A stretch of DNA of 33,901 nucleotides. It comes from a bacterium. GTDB taxonomy: Bacteria; Hydrothermota; 32-111. Positions 1 to 8,983 of the stretch are shown here, in pieces. The stretch covers positions 1 through 33,901 of the forward strand of contig JBFXGO010000025.1 in the NCBI GenBank assembly GCA_050239825.1. Reading direction: 5' to 3'. Numbering within the stretch: the first letter of the stretch is position 1; every line of letters starts with the position of its first letter. The position numbers and the translations under genes were made by a program. The notes beneath the pieces are model-generated. The model worked only from the letters and a program-made list of their open reading frames with translations. It did not search any database and was not told where the DNA came from.

Positions 1-784
1 TATCGATTCATTTAAACTTTTAAAAATTATAAAAGCAAATAAACAGTTGTGTTTCACTCATGAGGCGGGGATTATAGGGCTTCTTCTCAAAAAAACGACG
101 GGGACAGGTTACTGGCTTGATTATCAGGGGTCTCTTCATAAGGAAATGTCAAAACAGCATCCGATATTCAGCCTTTTCCTTCCTATCAGACTGTTTTCGT
201 TTGTAGAAAAAAAAATAGAGGATGAGGCTGAAGCTGTCATTTACAATTCATCGGAATCATATGCAAATTCTGCTAAAACCGCAAAATATCTTATTGAGGA
301 TGATTCATCTGTCTATGACGGCTACACGGAGCCGCAAATGAAGAGAGAAAAAAACATCTTCAATATTCTTTGGGTCGGAGTGATGACCCCTGTGCAGAAT
401 ATAGATGAATTTGTGCTTTTGTCTGAGAGGCTTCTTTCGAAGTATGATAATCTGAGAATAACCATAGCGGGTTTCCCTGTAAAGCAAAAATACAGGGATA
501 GGCTTAAATCATTTTCAGAAAGGGCTGTCTTTACCGGAAAGGTTGACTATGAGAAACTTCCCGCAATGGTGATGAGTTCAGACCTTTGCGTTTCGACAAA
601 GGGAGAGTCATCAGAGGGAAATGCAAAACTTCATCTCTTCAAAAGATTCGCTACGAAAATAATTGCACTAAGGACAAAATCTTCTCAGGAGATTCTTGAC
701 AGCGGATCTTTAGCCGACAACCTATCTGAGCTTGAAATCAAAATAAAGGAGATAATAGAAAATGCAAATAGTGCTTCTGCTTGA
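1..784 (+). CDS. Glycosyltransferase, probably family 4 (GT-B); 5'-partial
   Basis: Frame is open from base 2. C-terminal GT-B-like segment (ILWVGVM...ITIAG...VFTGKVDYEKLPAMVMSSDLCVS). Confidence 0.7.
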   Translation, partial: IDSFKLLKIIKANKQLCFTHEAGIIGLLLKKTTGTGYWLDYQGSLHKEMSKQHPIFSLFLPIRLFSFVEKKIEDEAEAVIYNSSESYANSAKTAKYLIEDDSSVYDGYTEPQMKREKNIFNILWVGVMTPVQNIDEFVLLSERLLSKYDNLRITIAGFPVKQKYRDRLKSFSERAVFTGKVDYEKLPAMVMSSDLCVSTKGESSEGNAKLHLFKRFATKIIALRTKSSQEILDSGSLADNLSELEIKIKEIIENANSASA

Positions 785-1460
785 AATAGTTTCAATCGGC
801 TTGATCTTCGGGGGGCTTGAAGCTCCCGGAATAATACTTCTTTCTTTTTCAGTTCTGTACGGAATCTATTTTCTTTTCAAGGGTAAAAAGAAAGAGAGCC
901 CGGAGGCGCATAAATATATTTTCACATACAATGCCATTATGAATGAAAATCTCTCTCAAATAGTGGAGCATGGCATTATAGAAGGAGATTTTTATGTATC
1001 GACAAAGATTGTTTCTGACAAGAGAAGTTCAGATCGGGATTTCACGAAGAATGATATACTCTTTGACAATCTCTCTGCCTTAAAGAAGAATGGGAGGCTT
1101 ATGTATGTCAATTCTGGGAGCAACATATCCGAAATATTATCTTATGCCTATAAAAATGATTGTTCGGTTGTTTCATCAAATGAAAATATCAGCAAGAAGA
1201 TACTTCAAATTTTTAGTGTTAAGGTGATTGACATAGGTTTTTTAAAGAAATCTTATGATATCAATTACAGGAAAGGAGACATACTGACGGTTTATGTGGC
1301 AAAGAAAACAGAGGAGGGATTCAGAGGGTTGGAGGCAAAAACCGCAAATGTTATTTTGGATGACATGTCTCTCACTGAAAACACATTCATTGAAGCAGAG
1401 GTGGAGAAGGTTCTTGAAATTTCCGGGGAGAAGACAATATATGCCAATAAAAGAGTATGA
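762..1460 (+). CDS. Membrane-anchored protein, probably a divergent PIN/TRAM (YacL-like) protein
   Basis: N-terminal hydrophobic helices and a C-terminal TRAM-like segment (KGDILTVYVAKK...IEAEVEKVLEISGEKTIYA). It sits directly upstream of ispD-ispF, the usual position of yacL. Confidence 0.5.
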   Translation: MQIVLLLEIVSIGLIFGGLEAPGIILLSFSVLYGIYFLFKGKKKESPEAHKYIFTYNAIMNENLSQIVEHGIIEGDFYVSTKIVSDKRSSDRDFTKNDILFDNLSALKKNGRLMYVNSGSNISEILSYAYKNDCSVVSSNENISKKILQIFSVKVIDIGFLKKSYDINYRKGDILTVYVAKKTEEGFRGLEAKTANVILDDMSLTENTFIEAEVEKVLEISGEKTIYANKRV

Positions 1461-2154
1461 AGATGTCAATGTAATAGTCGTAGCGGCCGGCGATTCCAAA
1501 CGTTTCGGAGGAAAGATAAAGAAAATCTTCATGGAGGCGGATAAAAAACCCGTGATAGTGCGGTCTGTACATAATTTCACACGCATCTTCAAACAGGAAT
1601 CAATAATTGTAGTAGCTGCAAAAGAGGATATGAAGAAGATGAGAAGAGTTCTTGATGCGGCTATGCTGAAAAAAGTCAGAATAACCGAGGGAGGAAGCGA
1701 CAGATGCCTCTCTGTTCTCAACGGTCTTTTAGAGGCGGATAAAGAAAGGGTGCTGATACACGACGGGGCGAGATGTTTTGTGCCTGAAAAAAACATTCTC
1801 GAAGTGTGTGATTCTCTTAAAAGCGGAATCTCCTGCTCAGCGCCGGCTGTCAGGCCTTCTGAAACCGCAAGACTGTTTAGCGGCATAAAATATGAACTTG
1901 TTGACAGGGAGAGACTTTATTTGATGCAGACTCCACAGGCTTGCAGAAGAGAGGAGTATATAAAGCTTCTTAAGGAGAGCGTCAGAAAGAAAATAATCTA
2001 TACTGATGACATGGAATACTTTACAAGGAACAATTTAAAGGTTATGATAGTTGAAGGAGATAAAAGAAACATCAAGATAACAACAAGGGAAGATTTAAAT
2101 CTTTTGGAAGAAATAATAAAAAAGGAGAAAAATGTTCATAGGAATTGGCATTGA
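1441..2154 (+). CDS. ispD: 2-C-methyl-D-erythritol 4-phosphate cytidylyltransferase
   Basis: Motifs VVAAGDSKRFGG, GGSDRCLSV, VLIHDGAR, QTPQ, TDD, NIKITT. Start moved to ATG 1441. Confidence 0.93.
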   Translation: MPIKEYEDVNVIVVAAGDSKRFGGKIKKIFMEADKKPVIVRSVHNFTRIFKQESIIVVAAKEDMKKMRRVLDAAMLKKVRITEGGSDRCLSVLNGLLEADKERVLIHDGARCFVPEKNILEVCDSLKSGISCSAPAVRPSETARLFSGIKYELVDRERLYLMQTPQACRREEYIKLLKESVRKKIIYTDDMEYFTRNNLKVMIVEGDKRNIKITTREDLNLLEEIIKKEKNVHRNWH

Positions 2155-2596
2155 CGCTCACAGATTTTCAAGAGAGAGGAAACTCATACTCGGAGGAGTT
2201 GAAATTCCATTTGAAATGGGTCTTGAGGGGCATTCCGATGCAGATGTGCTGACACATGCAGTTGCGGATGCTGTATTGGGCGCGCTTTCAAAGGGAGATA
2301 TAGGAAGGCATTTCCCCGATACAGATTCCAGATTTAAGGATATTTGTTCTCTTAATCTGTTGAAGGATATCAGAGCACGTTGGAAGTTCAAGATACACAA
2401 CATAGACTCTGTCATTGTGTGTCAAAAACCCAAACTGGCTTCTTATATGGAGCAGATGGAAATAAATATTGCGGAATCTTTGAAAATAGATAGAGATATT
2501 GTCTCCGTAAAAGCAACTACAACCGAATATATGGGATTTACTGGAAGGGGTGAGGGAATCTGCGTTGTAGCGAATGTTCTGTTGGAGAGGGAATGA
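2132..2596 (+). CDS. ispF: 2-C-methyl-D-erythritol 2,4-cyclodiphosphate synthase
   Basis: Motifs GIGIDAH, GHSDADVLTHA, GDIGRHFPD, SVKATTTE..GFTGRGEGI. Confidence 0.97.
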   Translation: MFIGIGIDAHRFSRERKLILGGVEIPFEMGLEGHSDADVLTHAVADAVLGALSKGDIGRHFPDTDSRFKDICSLNLLKDIRARWKFKIHNIDSVIVCQKPKLASYMEQMEINIAESLKIDRDIVSVKATTTEYMGFTGRGEGICVVANVLLERE

Positions 2597-3204
2597 AAAG
2601 AGGGCTTCTTGCACTTCTTCTTATTCTTTCCGCAGTTGGCATTTCCGCATCATTCAAGGAGAATGTGCTTAATTATTTTGATGATACAGCTATACCCGAA
2701 GAGGTTGCTGTGATGGCAATTTCCGCCCTGCCGATATTCGAATTAAGGCTTGGTCTTCCTATCGCAATACAGCTTTTTGAAATGGATATCAAGAGAGCCT
2801 TACTCTTTTCCTTCATAGGAAACATGATTCCTGTTCTGCCGATTCTCTTTTTTCTGCACTGGATTTACGCCCTTCTCGGAAGATGGAGATTGACAAAAAA
2901 GCCGATTGAAAAATTCAAAAAACGGGCCGAAGAGCAGTCTAAGAAGATAGGAAAGTATGAGATGCTCGGACTGATACTCTTCATAGGAGTTCCTCTTCCC
3001 GGCACAGGAGCATGGACCGGTTCTGCTGTGGCAGTGGCTCTTGAAATGGACATAAAAAAAGCATTTATATGCAATATCGCGGGAGTCGCAATGGCAGGCG
3101 CAATAGTCACTGCATTCACGCTTCTCGGTTGGTTTGGAGCGGCGGCGGCGGGTCTTTTAATAGCTCTTTTAACTGCATTGCCGATACTAAGGTTGAGATC
3201 ATGA
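2593..3204 (+). CDS. COG2426 / small multi-drug export family membrane protein
   Basis: Motifs SALPIFELRLGLP and LFIGVPLPGTGAWTG. Confidence 0.85.
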   Translation: MKRGLLALLLILSAVGISASFKENVLNYFDDTAIPEEVAVMAISALPIFELRLGLPIAIQLFEMDIKRALLFSFIGNMIPVLPILFFLHWIYALLGRWRLTKKPIEKFKKRAEEQSKKIGKYEMLGLILFIGVPLPGTGAWTGSAVAVALEMDIKKAFICNIAGVAMAGAIVTAFTLLGWFGAAAAGLLIALLTALPILRLRS

Positions 3205-4439
3205 GAGAGAGAGGAATTCTTGCGGCATTGTTTCCAAAATCGACGCCTCAGAACCGTATGGACAGGCGGATAGCTGAAATTATAGATTTGAGCAATTCTA
3301 TTTCCATTGAAATCCTTGAAACAATAGTCCAGAAAATAGGGACCGTAAATCCGGCTACATTTATGGGAATCGGAAAAGTAAATGAGCTTAAGGAGATTGC
3401 AAGGCATTTGAAAGCAAAGACCCTTATTCTCTCTACAGAGATAAGCCCGATGCAGTTGAGAAATCTTGAAGAGCAGTTATCAATGAAGGTTATTGACAGA
3501 AACGAACTTATACTGTCGATATTCGCAAAGAATGCCTCGTCAAATATCTCAATGGCGGAAGTCGAGCTTGCTCAATACAGGTATCTTCTGCCTCGCCTCA
3601 CTGGAAAGGGTATACTGATGTCGCGGCTCGGCGGAGGAATCGGCACAAGGGGCCCCGGGGAGACAAAACTTGAAACAGACAGACGGCATATAGAAAAGAA
3701 AATAGATACTTTAAAGAAGAGACTTGAGCATTACAAAAGAAATGCCGATGTCAGAAATAAGAACAGAACAAATGTATTCAGCGTCTGCCTTATCGGCTAC
3801 ACAAATGCGGGAAAGACAAGACTGATGAACTCGCTTGTAAGCGAGGGTTTCTTATCCGACGATAAACTTTTTACCACACTTGACACTGTCACCAGAAAAC
3901 TTTCAAGGTCTGTCGTTCTGACGGATACCGTAGGATTTCTCGGAGAATTGCCGCATGAGATAATAAAGTCATTTGAACTCACGATAGAAGAAGCCGCAAA
4001 TGCAGACCTCAAACTGATAGTGATAGATATTTCCGACAAATATGCCCATGAGACTATCGAAGATCTGCATAAAATAATTGAGGAGCTGAAGCTTGACACA
4101 AAAAAGAGGCTTTATGTATTCAACAAAACCGACATACTCGTAAATGATGCACTGATAAATGAACTCAGGGAGAGGTATCAGGACTCTGTCTTTGTGTCTG
4201 CAAAGACAAAAGAGAATGTCGGATTGCTGAGAGATAAGATTATGGAAGAGTTCTATTCAACAATGGACTATTATAAAGTCCGGATTGAACCTTCAAGAGC
4301 AGATGCCATAAGTTTTATAAACACAAACGGTCATGTAATGAAACAGAGGATAGTGAAAAATAAGGTCGAAATTGAGTTTTTTCTGAACAAACGGTTGACG
4401 CAGACATATAAGAAAGATTACAGAGGCGACGAAGAATGA
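3201..4439 (+). CDS. hflX: Ribosome-associated GTPase HflX
   Basis: GGGIGTRGPGETKLETDRR, G1 GYTNAGKT, G3 DTVGF, G4 NKTD. Start at the ATGA overlap at 3201. Confidence 0.96.
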   Translation: MRERGILAALFPKSTPQNRMDRRIAEIIDLSNSISIEILETIVQKIGTVNPATFMGIGKVNELKEIARHLKAKTLILSTEISPMQLRNLEEQLSMKVIDRNELILSIFAKNASSNISMAEVELAQYRYLLPRLTGKGILMSRLGGGIGTRGPGETKLETDRRHIEKKIDTLKKRLEHYKRNADVRNKNRTNVFSVCLIGYTNAGKTRLMNSLVSEGFLSDDKLFTTLDTVTRKLSRSVVLTDTVGFLGELPHEIIKSFELTIEEAANADLKLIVIDISDKYAHETIEDLHKIIEELKLDTKKRLYVFNKTDILVNDALINELRERYQDSVFVSAKTKENVGLLRDKIMEEFYSTMDYYKVRIEPSRADAISFINTNGHVMKQRIVKNKVEIEFFLNKRLTQTYKKDYRGDEE

Positions 4440-5200
4440 GAATAGGAGTGATAGGAGCCGGTTCAATCGGAAGGCCCCTTATTGAGGCTTTAAAAAAAGA
4501 CGGGAAGAACAGAGTCCTGGTCTGCGACAAAGACTCATGCGCTGTAAAAAAAGGGGAGTATGCCGCTTTAAAGTCAATTCTGGAATGCGAACACCTCTTC
4601 ATATGCGTTAATGATGACGCAACAGAGAGCGTGTTGAAACAGACAAAGGATTATTTCGGAAGAGTCGTTCTTCTCTCAGCATCCTATGAAATCAAAGCAG
4701 TAAAAAGAATCATGAAAAAAGCGAAATCCGTCTCCATATTTCATCCGATACAGTCTTTTTCAGCCACGAGCAGAAGGAATCCTAAATTTTCTTCATTCTA
4801 TGCAACTCTTGAATCGACATCAGAAAATGCTTTTCTTTTAAAATTTGCAGAGAAAAACAATATAAAAATAATAAAACTGAAAAAGCCGACAAACAGGAAG
4901 ATTTATCATCTCTCAGCCATGCTTGCCGGAAACTATACTCTTGCTCTTCTGTATATTGCAGAGAAGCTGTTGAAGGAATCAACAGGAATAAACAGTCTTA
5001 CTGCTGAAGTCTTTCTCCCGATGGTAAGAAACATTGTGGAGAGAACAGCATGTGAGAATGCCGCCGAAGCTCTGTCTGGACCATCCGCGAGGGGCGATAA
5101 AAAAAGACTGAAAGAAATAATGCTTGAAATAAAAGATGCAAAGCTCAGAAATCTGCTTAAAGTTCTTGACTCTGCGACAGGAGATATTCTTAGAAAATGA
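4436..5200 (+). CDS. Rossmann-like / DUF2520 oxidoreductase (PanG-like)
   Basis: GxGxxG (GAGSIG), FHPIQSF, YHLSAMLAGNY and LSGPSARGD, typical of DUF2520 proteins. Adjacent to coaX. Confidence 0.75.
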   Translation: MRIGVIGAGSIGRPLIEALKKDGKNRVLVCDKDSCAVKKGEYAALKSILECEHLFICVNDDATESVLKQTKDYFGRVVLLSASYEIKAVKRIMKKAKSVSIFHPIQSFSATSRRNPKFSSFYATLESTSENAFLLKFAEKNNIKIIKLKKPTNRKIYHLSAMLAGNYTLALLYIAEKLLKESTGINSLTAEVFLPMVRNIVERTACENAAEALSGPSARGDKKRLKEIMLEIKDAKLRNLLKVLDSATGDILRK

Positions 5201-5895
5201 AAGAGACTGTTGTATTCAGCATTGGCAATACGAATGTAAGATATGGAATATTCAGCGGCTCCAAGCTGGAAAAGAGCGGAATATACACTGAGTCTCTGAA
5301 GGATAAGATAAAAAAGACAAGCTATGAAAAAGCATTCATGATATCTGTGAACAAGAGAAAAGAAAAAATATTTTTAGAGAATTACAGAGACGAATCTGTC
5401 ATTAAACTTCAAAAAGCAAATAAGGTGATTAATTCAGAGTATGATGTAAAAATGCTTGGTATTGACAGGTTTGTTGCAATTGTTAAATGTTTGAAAGAGA
5501 AAACGTATCCCGCTCTTCTTATCGACACCGGAACTGCGGATACATTTGATTATATTGACGGATATGGAGTCCATAAAGGAGGATTCATCACACCCGGACT
5601 GACGACAATGGCAAGGTCCCTTGAAAAATTCACTTCCGTTCTGAAAGAGACAGAGCCTGAGGACGGCGGTCTGAAGATAGGAAAGAACACATCTGAGGCG
5701 ATGAAATACGGAATATACACAGTGTGGGTTACCGGAATACTCTCATTCTGCGCTATGTTTAAAAACAAAGAACCTAAATGCAGATTCATCATCATGGGAG
5801 GAAACTCGGCAAGACTCAAAGATTATATCACAGAAGCAATTGTAGATTCGGATTACCTTCTGAAAGCAATCTATGAATATGGTGCGGGAGTTTAA
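5197..5895 (+). CDS. coaX: Type III pantothenate kinase
   Basis: Motifs SIGNTN, LGIDR, IDTGTADTFD, GGFITPG, NTSEAMKYG. Confidence 0.92.
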   Translation: MKETVVFSIGNTNVRYGIFSGSKLEKSGIYTESLKDKIKKTSYEKAFMISVNKRKEKIFLENYRDESVIKLQKANKVINSEYDVKMLGIDRFVAIVKCLKEKTYPALLIDTGTADTFDYIDGYGVHKGGFITPGLTTMARSLEKFTSVLKETEPEDGGLKIGKNTSEAMKYGIYTVWVTGILSFCAMFKNKEPKCRFIIMGGNSARLKDYITEAIVDSDYLLKAIYEYGAGV

Positions 5896-6295
5896 GGTGT
5901 GCCGCGAGAATGAACTCTCGATGTGTGCGGAGTTCATAAGAGAAAACATGAGATTAAACCAGCTGGTTTTGCTCTATGGCGAACTCGGGAGCGGAAAGAC
6001 TGCTCTGGTAAAGGCTTTTTCCTCTCACTACGGAATTGATAATGTGATGAGCCCCACTTTCAATATTCTGCATATATACTTCGGCGAAAACATCAGAATC
6101 GCCCATGCCGACCTTTACAGGATTGATTCTGTAAAGCATGTCAGGGAACTGAATCTGGAAGAGCAGATTGATGAAAGTTTGATAACTTTTATAGAGTGGC
6201 CTGAAAAGGCGGACGGAATATTTGATGCATATTCGCCTATGAAAATAGAAATATCTTTTGAAGAAAAGTGCAGGAGGATAAAGGCAGTATGGTGA
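5873..6295 (+). CDS. tsaE: tRNA t6A biosynthesis ATPase TsaE
   Basis: Motifs GELGSGKT, SPTFNI, HADLYRI, IEWPE. Confidence 0.95.
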   Translation: MNMVREFKVCRENELSMCAEFIRENMRLNQLVLLYGELGSGKTALVKAFSSHYGIDNVMSPTFNILHIYFGENIRIAHADLYRIDSVKHVRELNLEEQIDESLITFIEWPEKADGIFDAYSPMKIEISFEEKCRRIKAVW

Positions 6296-6855
6296 CATTA
6301 GCAATTTCAACTGTGACAAGAATCGCATCAGTTCTAATATGCGGCGACAAAAAACTCTCGTATATCGAATCGATTGAGGGTGACCTTGTTAAGGAGCTTC
6401 CTCTTGCTTTTATGAAAGCCGCGGCGGGAAAAGAGATGAATTTGAAATCAATTGATGAGATTATAATCTCGGGCGGGCCGGGCTACTACACATCTCTTCG
6501 GATAGGAGAATCTTTTGCCAAAGGGCTTCTTGTGGGCGATTCTCTTCTTAAACTAAAGAAGATTGATTCTCTTGAAGTGCTTGCATCAATGGTCGCCGAA
6601 GAGAAGAGAATCCTGACAGTTCTGAAAGCAAGGAAGGATGTTTACCATGCGGCATTGTTTGCAAAATCTTCAAGCGGGCAGTTTCAGAGAGAGACGGAGA
6701 ATCTGCTTCTTTCGGAGAGCGAACTCTCCAAATGGCGAGGATTGCCGGCGGCCGGAGAGGGATTGAATTATCTCGAAAAAAGGTGGGAGAACAGAATAGA
6801 AGCTGTTAATGACCCTGATGCGATGGCGATGTACAAATACATTCATGGAGAATAA
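6289..6855 (+). CDS. tsaB: tRNA t6A biosynthesis protein TsaB
   Basis: LAIST N-terminus, GPGYYTSLRIG (GPGSFTGLRIG-like), SLEVLA, ARK.DVY. Follows tsaE. Confidence 0.85.
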   Translation: MVTLAISTVTRIASVLICGDKKLSYIESIEGDLVKELPLAFMKAAAGKEMNLKSIDEIIISGGPGYYTSLRIGESFAKGLLVGDSLLKLKKIDSLEVLASMVAEEKRILTVLKARKDVYHAALFAKSSSGQFQRETENLLLSESELSKWRGLPAAGEGLNYLEKRWENRIEAVNDPDAMAMYKYIHGE

Positions 6856-7518
6856 ATGAAGAGGATATCAATAGTAATACCGGCATACAATGAGGAGAGG
6901 TTCATAGAGAAGACGGTTAATGAGCTGAAAAGGCTTTATGAAAATAAGGTAATTGTGGCAGACGACGGCTCGTCAGATTCAACTTTTGAAAGAGCTGAAA
7001 AATGCGCAGATATAACACTTAAGCATGAAAAGAATATGGGAAAGGGCAAGACCCTCATCGATGGGATACGAAGGGCAAAAGAAATATCTGAGTATGCGCT
7101 TCTTATGGACGGAGATTATCAGCATCTCCCATCCGATGTCAAAAACTTCCTTGACAGCGACTTTGAAAAGTATGACATAATAATAGGGCAGAGGAACATG
7201 AGCACATCCAACATGCCTCTTTTGAGATACCTGACAAACAAAACAACCACCCTAATTGTCTCTGTGCTTGCAGGAAGAAAGACATACGATTCCCAGAGCG
7301 GATTCAGAATGGTAAAAATAAATTCATTCAATAAACTGCCGATAAAGACATTCAGGTTCCAGATGGAGTCCGAAATGCTCATAAAGGCCGGCAGGCTCAA
7401 ACAGAGGATAGGAAGAGTGACTGTGGAAACGGTTTACGGAGATGAGGTCTCAAAAATCAATCCCTTCAAGGATACGGCAAGGTTCATAAAAATGGTTATG
7501 GAGGCATTATGGGTATGA
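6856..7518 (+). CDS. Glycosyltransferase family 2 (DPM-synthase-like)
   Basis: Motifs VIPAYNEE, ADDGSSD, NMGKG, MDGDYQH, DSQSGFR. Confidence 0.92.
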   Translation: MKRISIVIPAYNEERFIEKTVNELKRLYENKVIVADDGSSDSTFERAEKCADITLKHEKNMGKGKTLIDGIRRAKEISEYALLMDGDYQHLPSDVKNFLDSDFEKYDIIIGQRNMSTSNMPLLRYLTNKTTTLIVSVLAGRKTYDSQSGFRMVKINSFNKLPIKTFRFQMESEMLIKAGRLKQRIGRVTVETVYGDEVSKINPFKDTARFIKMVMEALWV

Positions 7519-8255
7519 AGATTCTTATTTCGAATGACGATGGTTTTGAAGCTCTCGGGCTCAAGTGCCTGAGAAATATTCTTAAAGCCGGAGGTCATGA
7601 TGTCTTCGTTGTTGTGCCAGATAAAAACCAATCCGCTACGAGCCACTCTTTAACTCTCACGGTGCCTTTGAGAATCCGGAAGGTTGTAAAAAATGAGTGG
7701 ATGACAACCGGCACTCCGACAGACTGTGTTCTAATGGCAACCCATGGATTAATAAAGCAGAAAATGGACCTTGTTATTTCAGGCATCAATCACGGACCCA
7801 ATATGGGAGAGGATGTGCTTTACTCGGGAACAGTCGCCGCCGCGATGGAGGGAGTTATGATGGGTATTCCTTCAATTGCTGTCTCCCTGGCTTCATTTTC
7901 AAATCTTGATTTCAAGATAGCGGAAGAAGTTGTACCGAAGCTTCTTGAAATAGCTATGGATATCAGATACGAGAGAATGCTTTTGAATGTCAATATTCCC
8001 AATATCCCGGTTTCAAAACTCAAAGGGTATAAGTTCACAAGACTTGGAAGCAGAGTCTATACTGACACTCTGATAACAAAAGTGGATCCGAGGGGAAAAA
8101 AATACTATTGGATAGGAGGAGAGCATCCGACATTTAAAGTAAAAAACGGAACAGACTTTCAGGCGATAGAAAGAAATTATGTTTCAATAACCCCCATATC
8201 AGTTGATATAACAGATTATAAATGCCTTTCTGCGCTTTTAAAAAAGAGGTTTTAA
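7515..8255 (+). CDS. surE: 5'/3'-nucleotidase SurE
   Basis: Motifs ILISNDDG, GTPTDCV, SGINHGPN.G.DVLYSGTVAAA, DPRGKKYYW. Confidence 0.97.
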   Translation: MKILISNDDGFEALGLKCLRNILKAGGHDVFVVVPDKNQSATSHSLTLTVPLRIRKVVKNEWMTTGTPTDCVLMATHGLIKQKMDLVISGINHGPNMGEDVLYSGTVAAAMEGVMMGIPSIAVSLASFSNLDFKIAEEVVPKLLEIAMDIRYERMLLNVNIPNIPVSKLKGYKFTRLGSRVYTDTLITKVDPRGKKYYWIGGEHPTFKVKNGTDFQAIERNYVSITPISVDITDYKCLSALLKKRF

Positions 8256-8256
8256 C

Positions 8257-8907
8257 ATGTCCTTTGCAGAGCTCAGAAAGCAAATGATTGAAGAACAGCT
8301 TGTAAAAAGGTCAATAAAGGATATAAAACTGCTTGAAGCCATGTCTGAAATCCAGAGAGAGATGTTCGTGCCTTCCCATCTGAGAAATTCCGCATATGAT
8401 GATTCACCTCTTCTGATAGGAAACGGACAGACGATATCCCAGCCGTATATAGTGGCTAAAATGACGGAACTTCTAAAAGTGGAGTCGGAGAGCACCGTGC
8501 TTGAAGTGGGAACAGGCTCCGGCTATCAGGCAGCGGTGCTTTCAAAACTCGCCAAAAGAGTTTTTACAATAGAGAGGATAACAGAGTTAAGACGAGGCGC
8601 TGAAGAGCTTTTAAGTTCTCTCCGCATCTCCAATGTCTTTGTGATGAGCGGAGACGGAACAATAGGACTGTCGCAGTATGCGCCTTATGATAGAATAATT
8701 GTCACTGCCGCAGGTCCAAGAATTCCAAAGAATCTTCTTGACCAATTGAAAGATAACGGTATAATAGTGATGCCTGTCGGAACACAGGCAGAGCAGGTTC
8801 TTTTAAGAGCGGTGAAGACAGAAGGCAAAATCGAAATAGAAGAGCATGACAGCTGTCGTTTCGTTCCCCTTCTGGGAAAATACGGTTTCTCTGACAACGG
8901 GGTGTAG
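8257..8907 (+). CDS. pcm: Protein-L-isoaspartate O-methyltransferase
   Basis: Motifs GQTISQPYIVA, VLEVGTGSGYQAA, APYDRIIVTAA, RFVPL. Follows surE. Confidence 0.97.
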   Translation: MSFAELRKQMIEEQLVKRSIKDIKLLEAMSEIQREMFVPSHLRNSAYDDSPLLIGNGQTISQPYIVAKMTELLKVESESTVLEVGTGSGYQAAVLSKLAKRVFTIERITELRRGAEELLSSLRISNVFVMSGDGTIGLSQYAPYDRIIVTAAGPRIPKNLLDQLKDNGIIVMPVGTQAEQVLLRAVKTEGKIEIEEHDSCRFVPLLGKYGFSDNGV

Positions 8908-8970
8908 CGCAGATGGTAGCGCGCTTGGTTCGGGACCAAGAGGTCGCTGGTTCAAATCCAGTCACCCCGA
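8898..8970 (+). tRNA. tRNA-Pro (anticodon CGG); CCA not encoded
   Basis: Cloverleaf: acceptor CGGGGTG/CACCCCG, D stem GCGC/GCGC, anticodon arm CTTGG-TTCGGGA-CCAAG, T arm GCTGG-TTCAAAT-CCAGT, discriminator A. Confidence 0.97.
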
Positions 8971-8983
8971 TTTTTATAAAATT

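Noticed and set aside
1294..3200. Long upstream starts given for ispD (1294) and hflX (3069); likewise nadE (15601), the radical SAM gene (12582) and the Mpv17-like gene (27005)
   Set aside because: They overlap upstream genes or promoters; downstream ATGs with RBS or stop-start overlap match the family N-termini.
8846..8983. N-terminal extension of the 632-aa ORF and antisense ORFs 8685-8965
   Set aside because: They run through the tRNA gene; ATG 8984 gives a clean signal peptide.
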